DNA from: Candidatus Hydrogenedentota bacterium
Lineage (GTDB): Bacteria > Hydrogenedentota > Hydrogenedentia > Hydrogenedentales > SLHB01
Direction of reading: 5' to 3'
DNA length: 26,386 bases
NCBI GenBank assembly: GCA_029974275.1
Contig: JARKSN010000128.1
Coordinates: 1 to 26,386, forward strand
The position numbers and the translations under genes were made by a program. Below are positions 15,907 through 25,773 of this stretch, one piece after another. The notes beneath the pieces were generated by a model, which was not told where the DNA came from, ran no database searches, and saw nothing but the letters and a program-made list of their open reading frames with translations. How positions within the stretch are numbered: position 1 is the stretch's first letter; each line of letters begins with the position of its first letter.

Positions 15907-18627
15907 ATGAAACGCCGCAATCTTTTTTTCGTGGGCGCCGCGGTTGTCTGGGGCGCCGCCGGCGCTTTGGCGCAGCAGGCCATTACGCTTCCTCCGGCTG
16001 CGCCGGCTCCTGCGTCCGTCGCCGTCCAGTCTTCCGAAGAGGGTTTTGCCGATTCGCTTCCGTTGTTCCAAGCGATCGAGCGCGGCGAAATGGCGACGGT
16101 CGTGGAGATGTTGACCGCCAACCCCGATCGCATCCATGCGCGCGATCGCGAGAACAATTCGCTGCTGCACTACGCGGCGCGGCGCGGACAGCGCGATCTG
16201 TTTGAGCTTATCGCGAGCAAGGTCACGGACGCGAGCCCGCGCAATACGGACGGTTCGACGCCGATGCATGGCGCGGCCATGTTGGGTTATCCCGATTTGC
16301 TGACGATTCTAGTGGACAAAGGCGCGGACGTGAGCGTGCGCAACAAGGATGGGGCGGCTCCTGTTCATGCGGCCGCCATGACCGGTCAGCAGGCGGCGAT
16401 CGAGTGGCTTGCGTCGAAAGGCGCGGACATCAACTCCAAGACCAACGCCGGCATGACCGCGCTCCATCTGGCCGCCGCGAACGGGCATTCATCTCTGGTC
16501 GAATATCTCATCGGCAAAGGATGCGACGCCAACGCGAAGGACTACAGCGGCGCGGCGCCCTTGTATCTGGCGGCGCTGAACGGCCACGAAGGGGTGGTGA
16601 CGGCGCTGTTGGCGAAGGGCGCGTCGATCAGCGATCGCAACAACAGCGGTCAGACGGCGCTGCATGCCGCGGCGTTTCGCGGCCACGCCGGCGTCATCAA
16701 GGCGCTGATCGATCGCGGGGCCGATCTGGGAGCGCGGGATATGAACGGGCGCACCGCCTTGTACCTCGCCGCGGAACAAGGACGAGAACGCGCCGTCGCA
16801 GCGCTGCTGGCGGCCGATTCGCCGGTGGATGTCCGGTCGTTTGACGGCCAGACGGCGCTGCATGCCGCCGCACAAAACGGCCACAAGGTCGTAGCCGCCG
16901 CGCTGCTTGCAAAAGGGGCCAAACTCGATGTGAGGGACAATCTCGGAGGCACGGCGCTTCATCGCGCGGCCGAGCGGGGGGACACGGAGATGCTGCGGGT
17001 GGCGCTCGAGGGCGTCGAGGTGAATACGCGCGACAACCAGGGCCAGACGGCGTTGCATTTGGCCGCATTCCGGGGTCGCGTCGACGCCGTCGAGGCGCTG
17101 TTGGCGGCCAAGGCGGACCTCAAAGCCGTGACGCTTGCGGGGCAGACGGCGTTGCATTTGGCCGCGACGAGCGGCAGCGACGCCGTGGCGGCGTTGCTGC
17201 TGCAAAAGGGGTGCGCCGCAGAGGACCGGGACGCCATGGGCCGGACGCCGTTGCACGCCGCCGCTGAAAACGATCGGCTCGGCGTGGCCGAACGGCTTGT
17301 CGGGCACAAAGCTGACGTGAACGCCCCCGACGCCGACAGCAACCGTCCGCTGCATCTGGCGGCGGGCAAGGGCCATGTTCAGATGGCCGATTTTCTGCTG
17401 ACGCATGGCGCTGCGATCGACACGCGCAATGTCGAGGAACAGAGCGCCCTGCATCTGGCCGCCGCCGAAGGAAAGGCCGATGTCGTGGCGCATCTGGTTG
17501 CGCTGGGAGCCGATGTGAATCTGATCGATCTGGAAGGCGCGACGCCGCTTTCGCTGGCGGTGGGCAAGAGCCAACGGCAAGTCGCGGACTTGCTCCGTGC
17601 GAACGGCGCGATGGATCCTCTCCTCGCGAAATCCAGCTTTTATGCGGATGCGCGGCATCCCATTCATCGCGCGGCGGCGGTGAGCGATGCGGCCACGCTC
17701 AAGACGCTGTTGGGAGCGGATCCGGACGGCGTGAACCGGGTGGACGAGCGCGGCGCGACGCCGCTCCGGTGGGCGGCGTATGCCGGACGCGCCGACAATG
17801 CCGAGCTGTTGCTGGCGCAGGGCGCGTCTGCTGCGGCGCGCGATGCCATTGGCGCGACGGCGCTGCATTGGGCCGCGCAGCAGGGCTTTGGCGACGTGGC
17901 GGAAATCTTGCTGGCGCGGGGCGCGGCCATCAACGCCGCGGCCAACAACGGATCCACGCCGTTGTTGTGGGCGGCCGAATCCGGCAAGTCCGATGTCGTC
18001 GCCATGTTGTTGGCCAAGGGAGCCGATCTTTCCATTCGCAGCTGCAACGGGCGGACGCCGCTGTGGTGGGCGGCCTACATGGGCCGCGAGGACGCCGTGC
18101 GGCAATTGCTGGACAAGGGGGCCGATCTCAAGACGGGCGACGCGATCGGTTTGTCGCCGTTGCACGCCGCGGCGAATGCGGGCGAGGTGAAGGTGATGAC
18201 GCTGCTTCTCGATCGCGGAGCTCCCGTCGACATGCGCACTTTCAAGGGGAAGACCGCTCTCGACGCTGCGTGCGCCGGAAACCAGATAGCGGCCGTTCAG
18301 ACGTTGCTGGATCGGGGCGCCGACGTGAACGCCAAGGATCTCGACAACGTTACGGCGATCATCGTCGCGGCGGAAGGCGGCTACAAGGAGCTGGCCGAAC
18401 TGTTGTTGAGCCGGGGCGCCGACGTGAATAGCCAGAATATCTATGGCCTTGGCGCGCTGCATTGGGCTGCTTTGCGCGGCCATCGCGAGATCGTCGAACT
18501 GTTGCTCGCGCACGGCGCGAACGCCAATCTGAGGGACAACAGCGGCAAGACCGCGCTCCAGTTTGCATTGCGTGAAGGCAAACAAGACGTGGTCGATCTC
18601 CTCCGCACGCACGGCGCGGTCGAGTAG
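15907..18627 (+). CDS. Exported ankyrin-repeat protein (~26 repeats)
   Basis: A GGGAG RBS precedes ATG 15907. The signal-like MKRRNLFFVGAAVVWGAAGALA is followed by a Pro/Ala linker, then repeated G.TALH.AA..G...V..LL..GA..N units. Confidence 0.93.
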   Translation: MKRRNLFFVGAAVVWGAAGALAQQAITLPPAAPAPASVAVQSSEEGFADSLPLFQAIERGEMATVVEMLTANPDRIHARDRENNSLLHYAARRGQRDLFELIASKVTDASPRNTDGSTPMHGAAMLGYPDLLTILVDKGADVSVRNKDGAAPVHAAAMTGQQAAIEWLASKGADINSKTNAGMTALHLAAANGHSSLVEYLIGKGCDANAKDYSGAAPLYLAALNGHEGVVTALLAKGASISDRNNSGQTALHAAAFRGHAGVIKALIDRGADLGARDMNGRTALYLAAEQGRERAVAALLAADSPVDVRSFDGQTALHAAAQNGHKVVAAALLAKGAKLDVRDNLGGTALHRAAERGDTEMLRVALEGVEVNTRDNQGQTALHLAAFRGRVDAVEALLAAKADLKAVTLAGQTALHLAATSGSDAVAALLLQKGCAAEDRDAMGRTPLHAAAENDRLGVAERLVGHKADVNAPDADSNRPLHLAAGKGHVQMADFLLTHGAAIDTRNVEEQSALHLAAAEGKADVVAHLVALGADVNLIDLEGATPLSLAVGKSQRQVADLLRANGAMDPLLAKSSFYADARHPIHRAAAVSDAATLKTLLGADPDGVNRVDERGATPLRWAAYAGRADNAELLLAQGASAAARDAIGATALHWAAQQGFGDVAEILLARGAAINAAANNGSTPLLWAAESGKSDVVAMLLAKGADLSIRSCNGRTPLWWAAYMGREDAVRQLLDKGADLKTGDAIGLSPLHAAANAGEVKVMTLLLDRGAPVDMRTFKGKTALDAACAGNQIAAVQTLLDRGADVNAKDLDNVTAIIVAAEGGYKELAELLLSRGADVNSQNIYGLGALHWAALRGHREIVELLLAHGANANLRDNSGKTALQFALREGKQDVVDLLRTHGAVE

Positions 18628-18640
18628 CGCGCCGCAAATA

Positions 18641-18697
18641 AACAGAAAACGGACCCGACCGCAGCGAATCCGTGCGCGCGGCGGGTCCGTTCTTCTT
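18641..18697. terminator. Probable bidirectional terminator between the ankyrin gene and pepF
   Basis: The stem aacggacccg(a)ccgc...gcggcgggtccgtt is flanked by an A-rich tract on the left and cttctt on the right. Confidence 0.7.
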
Positions 18698-18703
18698 GTG
18701 AAG

Positions 18704-20506
18704 CTACGTCAGTTCTTCGAGTTCGCGCACCAATCGTTTGAAGCGTTTCATGGCCGTCGCGACGGGCTCGGGCCGTTCCATGTCCACGCCGGCGTCGCGC
18801 AGGAGGTCGAGCGGGTATTTCGAGCCGCCGCCGCTGAGGAACGCGAGGTATGCCTTTCGTTCGGCGTCGCCGCCGCGCATCACGCGTTCGGACAAGGCGA
18901 TCGCGGCGGAAAGCCCCGTCGCGTATTTGTAGACGTAGAACGCGTGGTAGAAGTGCGGAATGCGCAGGCATTCGAGTGACAGCGCGTCGTCGATAGCGAA
19001 GCGTTTGCCGAAGTAGCGTTCGAGGAGTTTGCGGTATTCCGCGCGCAGCACGTCGAGGGTGAGGGCCTCGCCGGATTCGGCGATGGCGTGGGTGATTTTC
19101 TCGAATTCGGCGAACATGGTCTGGCGTACAATCGTGCCGCGAATCTCGTCTATCTCGCGGTTGAGCAGAAACGCCCGCGCGGTTTTGTCGTCGGCTTTGG
19201 CGAGCAGGTGGGCGTTGAGAAGCTGTTCGTTGAACGTCGACGCCACTTCCGCCACGAAGATGGAGTAGCCGTAATAATGGTACGGCTGCGTCTTTGCGCT
19301 GTACTGCGTGTGCATCGAGTGACCGGCCTCGTGCGCCAGCGTGAAGACGCTGTCCAGCACGTCTTCGCGGTAATTCATGAGGATGTACGGAGGGCCATCG
19401 TACCCGCCCGCCGAAAACGCGCCGCTCCGTTTGCCTTGATTCTCGTAGCGGTCCACCCAGCGCCCCAGGAGTCCGGCGCGCAACACGCGGCAATAGTCGT
19501 CGCCCAACGGGGCCAAGGCCGCACAGATCATGTCGACGGCCTTGGGGTAGGGGGTGCGCGTGCGGCCTTGCGACACGATTGGCGCGTAGGTGTCGTAGAC
19601 GTGAATTTCCTTGAGCTTTAGCGCCTTGCGCCGCACGTCGAAGTAGTGATGAACCGAGTCGAGTTGTGAATGCACGGCCTTGATGAGGCTGTCGTAGACG
19701 TTGACCGGGACATTGTCCGAGAACAGCGCCGCGCCTATCGCGGAGGGGTGGTTGCGGACTCGCGCGTGGTAGACGTCCTGCAGGATGGAAGCGGTCAACG
19801 TCGCGGCGAGCGTGTTCGCGTGGGCCTCGTATTGCTTATAGAACTGTTCGAATGCGGTTTTCCGCACGGCGCGTTTCGGCGACTCGAGCAAGCTGCGAAA
19901 CGATCCTTGCGTCAACTCGACCGTGTTGCCTTTCTCGTCGACGACGCGTCCGAACTTGAGATCCGCGTCGTTGAGTTGTTCGAAGATGCGGTCCGGCGAA
20001 CCGGCAATCTCGCCCTGCATGGCCAACAGGCGTTCTTCGCTCTCCGACAGGATATGGGGCCGGTACCGCAGCAGTTTCTCAAGCGCGAACCGGTACGGCG
20101 CGATCTCCTTCGCTTTTAGGAAGGCGTCCATCTTTTTTTTCGGGATCGCCTGAATTTCCGGCGCAATGAAACTCGCCGCTTCCTGCGCCACGGTGGCGAC
20201 ATGGATGAACCGTTGCAGCATCCCTTGGTACACGCCGTTGGCGACATCTTCCGAGGATTTCAGGAAGACATAGGATTGCAGGCGTTCCGCCTCGCGATCG
20301 AAGGCGGCGTTGAAGTCGTAGCACGCGCGCAGCGTGGCCGCTGATTTTCCGAGTTGGCCGCGGAAACGGCTGAATTCGCCGATTTGCGCCGAGAGCCGTT
20401 GGAAGGCTTTCTCCCACGCAGGGTCGTTTTGGCATAGGGGCGCCAAGTCCCACGTATCTTCCGGTTTCACTTCGCTGCGCGATGGCAGCCGCTTCGTCTT
20501 TGCCAT
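18704..20506 (-). CDS. pepF: Oligoendopeptidase F (peptidase M3B)
   Basis: Contains TWDL near the N-terminus, GKRSGAFS, TLAHEAGHSMH (HExxH), FVAEVAST.NE, RQTMFAEFE and IPHFY..FYVYKYATG. The RBS is AAGGAG. Confidence 0.95.
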   Translation of the reverse strand: MAKTKRLPSRSEVKPEDTWDLAPLCQNDPAWEKAFQRLSAQIGEFSRFRGQLGKSAATLRACYDFNAAFDREAERLQSYVFLKSSEDVANGVYQGMLQRFIHVATVAQEAASFIAPEIQAIPKKKMDAFLKAKEIAPYRFALEKLLRYRPHILSESEERLLAMQGEIAGSPDRIFEQLNDADLKFGRVVDEKGNTVELTQGSFRSLLESPKRAVRKTAFEQFYKQYEAHANTLAATLTASILQDVYHARVRNHPSAIGAALFSDNVPVNVYDSLIKAVHSQLDSVHHYFDVRRKALKLKEIHVYDTYAPIVSQGRTRTPYPKAVDMICAALAPLGDDYCRVLRAGLLGRWVDRYENQGKRSGAFSAGGYDGPPYILMNYREDVLDSVFTLAHEAGHSMHTQYSAKTQPYHYYGYSIFVAEVASTFNEQLLNAHLLAKADDKTARAFLLNREIDEIRGTIVRQTMFAEFEKITHAIAESGEALTLDVLRAEYRKLLERYFGKRFAIDDALSLECLRIPHFYHAFYVYKYATGLSAAIALSERVMRGGDAERKAYLAFLSGGGSKYPLDLLRDAGVDMERPEPVATAMKRFKRLVRELEELT

Positions 20507-20572
20507 GAAACGCTCCTTTTCACTGCCCAGTGTGCACGGGCGGCGCCAGTATACCCGACGGCCGCACGTGGT

Positions 20573-22297
20573 TCACGGCAAATCCGGCGGCGGCGTGGGC
20601 GGCCATGCGCCGCGCCGTTCGTGCTGTTGTCTCGCCCATGCCCAGGACCGTTCCTCGATGAGGCGGATGCCGTCTTCGGTAAGCGGCTTCTCCCGGGGCG
20701 TGTGCGTGATGACGCGCCATTTCACGTCCACGTTGGGTTGAAACGCCTTGATGTACCAATCGGGCGCGGCGCGGTCATGGGCCATCATGCGTTTTTGATC
20801 GGGAGGGACAGGGTTGCGGGCCGCGACGTAATCGTTCAGGCCGGCATAGTCGAGGATAACGACATGCGGCAAGGTCCATGCGGCCACCCCCACGCACGGT
20901 TCCAGCAGTACGGGGAAATCCTTGCCGTCGATTTTCGCGCCTACTTGGCGGGGCGGGTAAATCTGGCTCCTGTGCTCGAAGAATATCTTGTGCCCCTGAT
21001 GGCGCGTGCAGACGTTATGCCGGATCATCGTGGACTGCAGTTCATCAAAGGTCTGGGCGTACCAGCGGAGGGCCCTGGGCCATGCAGGCGCGATCGGCGC
21101 AAACATCCAACGCGTTTTTTCCCGCGTGTTCAGGTTGTGCGTCAGAGCCCAGTGCGTCCAGGGGACGGGCAGCGAAAGCGCAAGAAAGAGGGCCGCCATC
21201 ATGAACGCCTTGCATGCGGACACCCCCATCCGATCCAACAACAGCAGTGTTGCGAAAGGCGCGAGCACGACAAGATGGTGGTACACGCGGTATTCGAAGT
21301 GGTCTCCCCCCACGAGGAGGCCGTAGTACAAAAAATGCAGCGTCAGCGCCGCGACGGACAAAAGCAGCCCCCATCGCATGCGTGGGCGGAGTTGCGGCTT
21401 CGCCAACCACATCGCCGCCGCCGCCAGCGCCAGCGCGAACCCGAACCAAAGCGCATATTCGAGGATAAAGGACGCCATATAGCGGATGCCGCTCTCGGGC
21501 CACGGGGCGACGATTTTGGCGTAGTAGGTGTTGGGCAGCCATTCGCCATAAAAGCTGCGCCGCCACGCCATGTGCGCGGGCGGCAACGCCAACGGAAATG
21601 CCGAGAGGATGCTGCGTAGGCCGTCGGTCTTCCAACGCGTTGCGTAAGTATAGAAAAGAACCGGTCCTGACGCCGCGACCAACAGCAGGCCATCCGGGCG
21701 CGTCAAGGCGGCCAGCGCCGCGCATGCCGCATACGTAGCCTGCGTCCTGATCCCTCCCTCGGGAAGACGCGTCGAGAAGCGCACCCACGCAACGACAAAG
21801 AACGTGAACATGGCCGTTTCGAGCCCGGAACTCGTCCACGCCAGAAAGGTGCGATTGAGCAGAACAAAGGCCAGCGCCCACGCCACGAAGACCACGCGCC
21901 ATGCGCGCAACTCCAGGCGCCACGACATCTGGAAAACCATCCACGCCAAAATCCACAAGGCCAGTCCGGAAAACAGCAGCGTCACATAGTTGGCCGATTG
22001 GGGAGGAAGAACGCCAAGAACACGCCATAATGCATCCAACAAAACGACCCACAAAAAATTTGTATAGCCCTCGACCGGACGAAACGGCGGCGGGTTCCAG
22101 ACGTAGCCGTAGCCCAGATGGGCGTTGCTGATATAGCGGAACGAAATAAAGGCGTCGTCGGTAAAAAACCAGAACAGCTTCCACCCCGCGATAAGCCCGG
22201 CCGTCGCCAACGCCAGCGCCGCCGCCAACCCGAGTATTTCCAGCGTCCATGCGGATTTCGCGGAGGCGGATGCGGAGTCTGTTCTTTCCTCGGCCAT
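20573..22297 (-). CDS. Polytopic membrane protein, GT-C glycosyltransferase of the AftB-like type
   Basis: Contains DDAFISFRY, VEGYTNFLW, SGLET, TRPDG, LPNTYYAK, GGD..EYR and GLND, plus many hydrophobic segments. An AGGAAGGA RBS precedes ATG 22297. Confidence 0.75.
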   Translation of the reverse strand: MAEERTDSASASAKSAWTLEILGLAAALALATAGLIAGWKLFWFFTDDAFISFRYISNAHLGYGYVWNPPPFRPVEGYTNFLWVVLLDALWRVLGVLPPQSANYVTLLFSGLALWILAWMVFQMSWRLELRAWRVVFVAWALAFVLLNRTFLAWTSSGLETAMFTFFVVAWVRFSTRLPEGGIRTQATYAACAALAALTRPDGLLLVAASGPVLFYTYATRWKTDGLRSILSAFPLALPPAHMAWRRSFYGEWLPNTYYAKIVAPWPESGIRYMASFILEYALWFGFALALAAAAMWLAKPQLRPRMRWGLLLSVAALTLHFLYYGLLVGGDHFEYRVYHHLVVLAPFATLLLLDRMGVSACKAFMMAALFLALSLPVPWTHWALTHNLNTREKTRWMFAPIAPAWPRALRWYAQTFDELQSTMIRHNVCTRHQGHKIFFEHRSQIYPPRQVGAKIDGKDFPVLLEPCVGVAAWTLPHVVILDYAGLNDYVAARNPVPPDQKRMMAHDRAAPDWYIKAFQPNVDVKWRVITHTPREKPLTEDGIRLIEERSWAWARQQHERRGAWPPTPPPDLP

Positions 22298-22689
22298 TCC
22301 TTCCTTTCTGTGCGTGGCGCCTGTCGAGACGGAGCGGTATAGTAACCAGAGCGTTGCGCGCGAATCCAGGCGCCCACGCGACAGGAGACGGGCTTTGTCG
22401 GGACTTTGACGCGGAAGGGAAGCCGTGCGCCCTTCGCATTGCCAAGGCGGCGGCGTGAAGATGCCGTAGCGCGGCTCGTGCCGCGATGCCGTGTCCATTC
22501 CCAAGGATTCCGGCTGGCGAAACCGCCAGTGGGGTGATAGGATGTCCTTGGACGGCCGGATGCTAAAGCAGTTTAACTTTTTATGTCGGCGGTCAGTCTT
22601 GTGAGAGCATTTTCGCCAGGGTTTCTTGAGTGTACAGGGCGTAGGCATCATTGGCGACAATGCTCTGGATGGGCGAAAGGAGCGGGCGC

Positions 22690-23685
22690 ATGCAACGACG
22701 GGACGGCGCATGGGATTGTCTTGTCATCGGCGCGGGCGTGACGGGGCTTCTTGCCGCACGCATCCTGAAGGATCGCGGCAAACGAACGCTCGTTTTGGAG
22801 AAGTCGACCGGCGTAGGCGGCCGCATGGCGACGCGGCGCATCGAAGAGGCTGTTTTCGACCATGGCGCACAGTTCTTCACGGTGCAGGATTGCCGATTCG
22901 AGGCGTGGGCGCGACTTTGGCGCGAGCAGGGCGTGATCACAACCTGGTCCATGGGATTTGCCAGCGCCGACGGACGCCTGCAGCCGGACGCGATTCCGCG
23001 ATTTCGCGGCGCGCCTGGCATGACGAGCGTGCCCAAATGGCTGGCGAGCGACCTCGATATCTGTCTGGGCGACGCCGCCGTGGGCGTGTCACGCGACGAA
23101 GGCGTCTGGCGCGTCGACACGGAAGACGGTGCGGTGCATCGCGCAGGCGCCTTGATTCTCACGGCTCCCGTGCCGCAAAGTCTCGCGTTGTTCGCCGCAT
23201 CTCCGGAACTCTTGCCGCGATTCGCGCGCGAAATATTGTCTGCCATCGAATACGATCCATGTTTTGCCGTCCTGGCCATACTCGATGGCCCCAGCGGGCT
23301 GCCCGCCCCGGGCGGATTGCGCGCGCCCACCGAATCGATCGCCTGGATGGCCGATAATCACATCAAGGGCGTTTCTCCCCATGCATCCGCCCTCACGATC
23401 CACGCCGGACCACATTTCACGCGCGAATACCTGGAGAGCGACCGGGAATTCGTCGCCAAGGTGCTGTTGGGAGAGGCGCTTCCCTGGCTTCGGTCGCCTG
23501 TCCGTCAAGCGCACGTGCATTGCTGGCGCTACAGCCAGCCGCTGCATACACATCCCGAACGTTTCCTGGGGATTGCCGAGCCGGCCCCGCTGCTCTTCGC
23601 CGGCGACGCATTCGGAGGGCCACGGATCGAGGGGGCGGCGTTGTCCGGTTTGGCGGCTGCGGATTACGTGCTTGGCGCGGAGTGA
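22690..23685 (+). CDS. FAD-dependent oxidoreductase, renalase-like
   Basis: Contains VIGAGVTGL (Rossmann), EKS.GVGGRMATRR, FDHGAQFFT, WRYSQP and AGD..GG.RIEGAALSG. The RBS is AAGGAG. Confidence 0.9.
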   Translation: MQRRDGAWDCLVIGAGVTGLLAARILKDRGKRTLVLEKSTGVGGRMATRRIEEAVFDHGAQFFTVQDCRFEAWARLWREQGVITTWSMGFASADGRLQPDAIPRFRGAPGMTSVPKWLASDLDICLGDAAVGVSRDEGVWRVDTEDGAVHRAGALILTAPVPQSLALFAASPELLPRFAREILSAIEYDPCFAVLAILDGPSGLPAPGGLRAPTESIAWMADNHIKGVSPHASALTIHAGPHFTREYLESDREFVAKVLLGEALPWLRSPVRQAHVHCWRYSQPLHTHPERFLGIAEPAPLLFAGDAFGGPRIEGAALSGLAAADYVLGAE

Positions 23686-23692
23686 GGGGCGG

Positions 23693-24532
23693 TCATGCGC
23701 CGACGACTTCGTCGAGGTCCTGGAGCAGCGCACGCATCTCGTTGACCCGTTCTGTCTGGCCGATTCGTTCGTAGGCATGAATCAGATTCTGCAGGACGCG
23801 CGAGACGATCATGACGGCGTTGGCCGGTTCGGCGAGAAGGTGCAGGTGATTGGGCGCGAGCGTGGCCCGGAGTTGGGCCATCTCGCGCGATGACAGTATC
23901 CGGCCTCCGTTGAAACAATCGAACAGCACATCGCGCCCGGCGACATGCGCCCGCGCCAGAAAATGGCCCGGCACGTTGCATCCCGTGATGTTCAGCCCCG
24001 ACCGGCGCCCGATGAGGATGAAAATCGCCGCCAGCGTGATGGGCAGGCCCAGCCCCGTTTCCATCACGTGGATCAGGTTGTTGTTCATCGGATCGTGGTA
24101 ATCATCCACATTGCCGCGCAGCCGTTTGCTGATGAACAGAAACCGGCTCAACGACACCGGTTCCATCGGCCTCCCGGAACCGTAGAACTCTTCCGACAGA
24201 TTGTTGAGCATTTCGCAAAGGCGGATCGGCGTTTTCCAGCCGTGTTGGAAATCAGACAACAGTTGGAACGCCGTCTCCAGCTTTTCCGATTCGTCCTCGA
24301 ACAACGGCCATTGCCGCCACAAGCGGCGATCGCTTTCCTCGGCCCGGCGCCGCGACAAGAGCGAATGTAGCGCCGCCCGCTGCTTCAAGCTCAGCCGTTT
24401 TTCCCACTCGGGCATGCTGACCAGCAGATCCGGCCCCAGCGCGATTAACTCCCGCTCGACATGCTCGCGCACCACCGGCGAATCGTCATCCAATAATTGC
24501 AGCAGATAGGGCAACTGTTCATGTTTCGACAT
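23693..24532 (-). CDS. SirB1-like / transglutaminase-like core protein
   Basis: Contains LL.LLDDDS..V at the N-terminus, GNVDDYHDP.N, GLPITL, PGHFL, DCFNGG and RVLQNL..AY. Confidence 0.82.
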   Translation of the reverse strand: MSKHEQLPYLLQLLDDDSPVVREHVERELIALGPDLLVSMPEWEKRLSLKQRAALHSLLSRRRAEESDRRLWRQWPLFEDESEKLETAFQLLSDFQHGWKTPIRLCEMLNNLSEEFYGSGRPMEPVSLSRFLFISKRLRGNVDDYHDPMNNNLIHVMETGLGLPITLAAIFILIGRRSGLNITGCNVPGHFLARAHVAGRDVLFDCFNGGRILSSREMAQLRATLAPNHLHLLAEPANAVMIVSRVLQNLIHAYERIGQTERVNEMRALLQDLDEVVGA

Positions 24533-24566
24533 ATTGCAACACCATTCCCGCGCCATTTCCGCAAGC

Positions 24567-24575
24567 AGTATACCA
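24567..24575 (-). promoter_or_regulatory. Extended -10 element (TGgTATACT) upstream of the SirB1-like gene
   Basis: The minus strand reads CATGGTATACTG ~35 nt upstream of ATG 24532. The form is the same as at 3673-3681. Confidence 0.45.
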
Positions 24576-24727
24576 TGAACGGCCTGGGCGTTTTCGAAGG
24601 CGTCGGCGGCCCCAGGCCGTCGCGTCGACGCAGGCGTTCCATCCGCAGCAGCGGACGCCCAAGCGCTCCGTCCGCTCGACGCGTTGGCCAGGGGAGCGGA
24701 ACGCTTGGGCGCCATGAATGGGCTACG

Positions 24728-25639
24728 TCATGGATGCGTATGGGCCATGTGGCTCAGTTCATGCACGATCATGCCGCCTCGGTTCACCGGAAATGGATTG
24801 CCAAATTCGCCGAGATACCGCAAAAATTCGACGTGTCCGTCCATGAACAAAACATTGCAGCCTCCGGGAACGTGATTGAAATGGCTCGCTTCGTCGTCCG
24901 AAATTTCATCCCACATGATCGCGAGTTGCGACTGGGCCTGGCTGCTGGCGGCGGGATTGTTGATGTCGGTGATGAGAAAACGCTCGATTCCTTCCTTGAG
25001 GCGATAGATGATTCCGCCGCCGCCGTTTCCGGTTCCGGGCGAGACCGGCCAATCGGCGTTGACGGCCTCAACCGCTCCCTCGGGCGTGTCGCTCAGCCGC
25101 TCATGGAGGTCTTCGATGCTGGTCTCGAAAAGGGCGGCCTTCGCTTCGTCATTCGCCATGCCGTTCTCGATTGCCCATCCCAGGTACACGTAGGGGTGTT
25201 CGTACACCTCGCACGGCTCGACCTTGCCGTTGCCTTTCGTGGGCCACGTAATCGCGCCGTCATCGTCCCAGAGCGTCGACGCCGTATATCCCGCGTCCCA
25301 CAGTTCGACCGCCGTCGAGGCTGAAGGGTTGCTCGGGCAAACGAGCGCATTGAGATCGCTCAGATATTCGGGAAAAACCTTCTCCGCGTCGAACATGGTT
25401 GCGCCTCCGGCGGCGTCGCCGTTGCAATTGAGCGATTTCATCGGGGGGAACATGTCCCGGTTCTCGCCGGAGTACATCTTGAACACGAGTCCCATTTGCT
25501 TGAGGTTGTTGGCGCAGCTTGCCCGGCGCGCCGCTTCGCGGGCGCGGGCCAGCGCAGGCAGCAGGATGGCCGCCAGAATTCCGATGATGGCGATGACGAC
25601 GAGCAGTTCGATGAGCGTAAAGCCTTGTGGGCGTTTCAT
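24728..25639 (-). CDS. DUF1559-family protein with prepilin-type N-terminal cleavage/methylation motif and C-terminal H-X9-DG motif
   Basis: Begins [48 protein letters not shown] and contains [19 protein letters not shown]. The RBS is GAGGGA. It ends [11 protein letters not shown]. Confidence 0.92.
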   Translation of the reverse strand: MKRPQGFTLIELLVVIAIIGILAAILLPALARAREAARRASCANNLKQMGLVFKMYSGENRDMFPPMKSLNCNGDAAGGATMFDAEKVFPEYLSDLNALVCPSNPSASTAVELWDAGYTASTLWDDDGAITWPTKGNGKVEPCEVYEHPYVYLGWAIENGMANDEAKAALFETSIEDLHERLSDTPEGAVEAVNADWPVSPGTGNGGGGIIYRLKEGIERFLITDINNPAASSQAQSQLAIMWDEISDDEASHFNHVPGGCNVLFMDGHVEFLRYLGEFGNPFPVNRGGMIVHELSHMAHTHP

Positions 25640-25773
25640 GTCTTGATTCCCTCACGAATTTGGCCGTGTTGCATGCCAGAAACGCGCCGCTTCCTGTATC
25701 CGCCGCGACTCACGAAGCCGGCCAGCGAAGGAAGGCGTCTTTCTGTGCACATGAAATAGAGATCGGTTGTTCG

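Noticed and set aside
15697..16269. Apparent overlap of the rel and ankyrin ORFs
   Set aside because: This is an artefact of longest-ORF starts. With starts at 15726/15669 and 15907 the genes are divergent and do not overlap.
16489..18612. 707-aa minus-strand ORF with apparent repeats
   Set aside because: Its periodicity simply mirrors the ankyrin repeats on the plus strand.
24581..24709. GC-rich inverted repeats downstream of the DUF1559 gene
   Set aside because: The stems are interrupted and lack a U-tract. They may aid termination but are not distinguishable from chance at this GC content.
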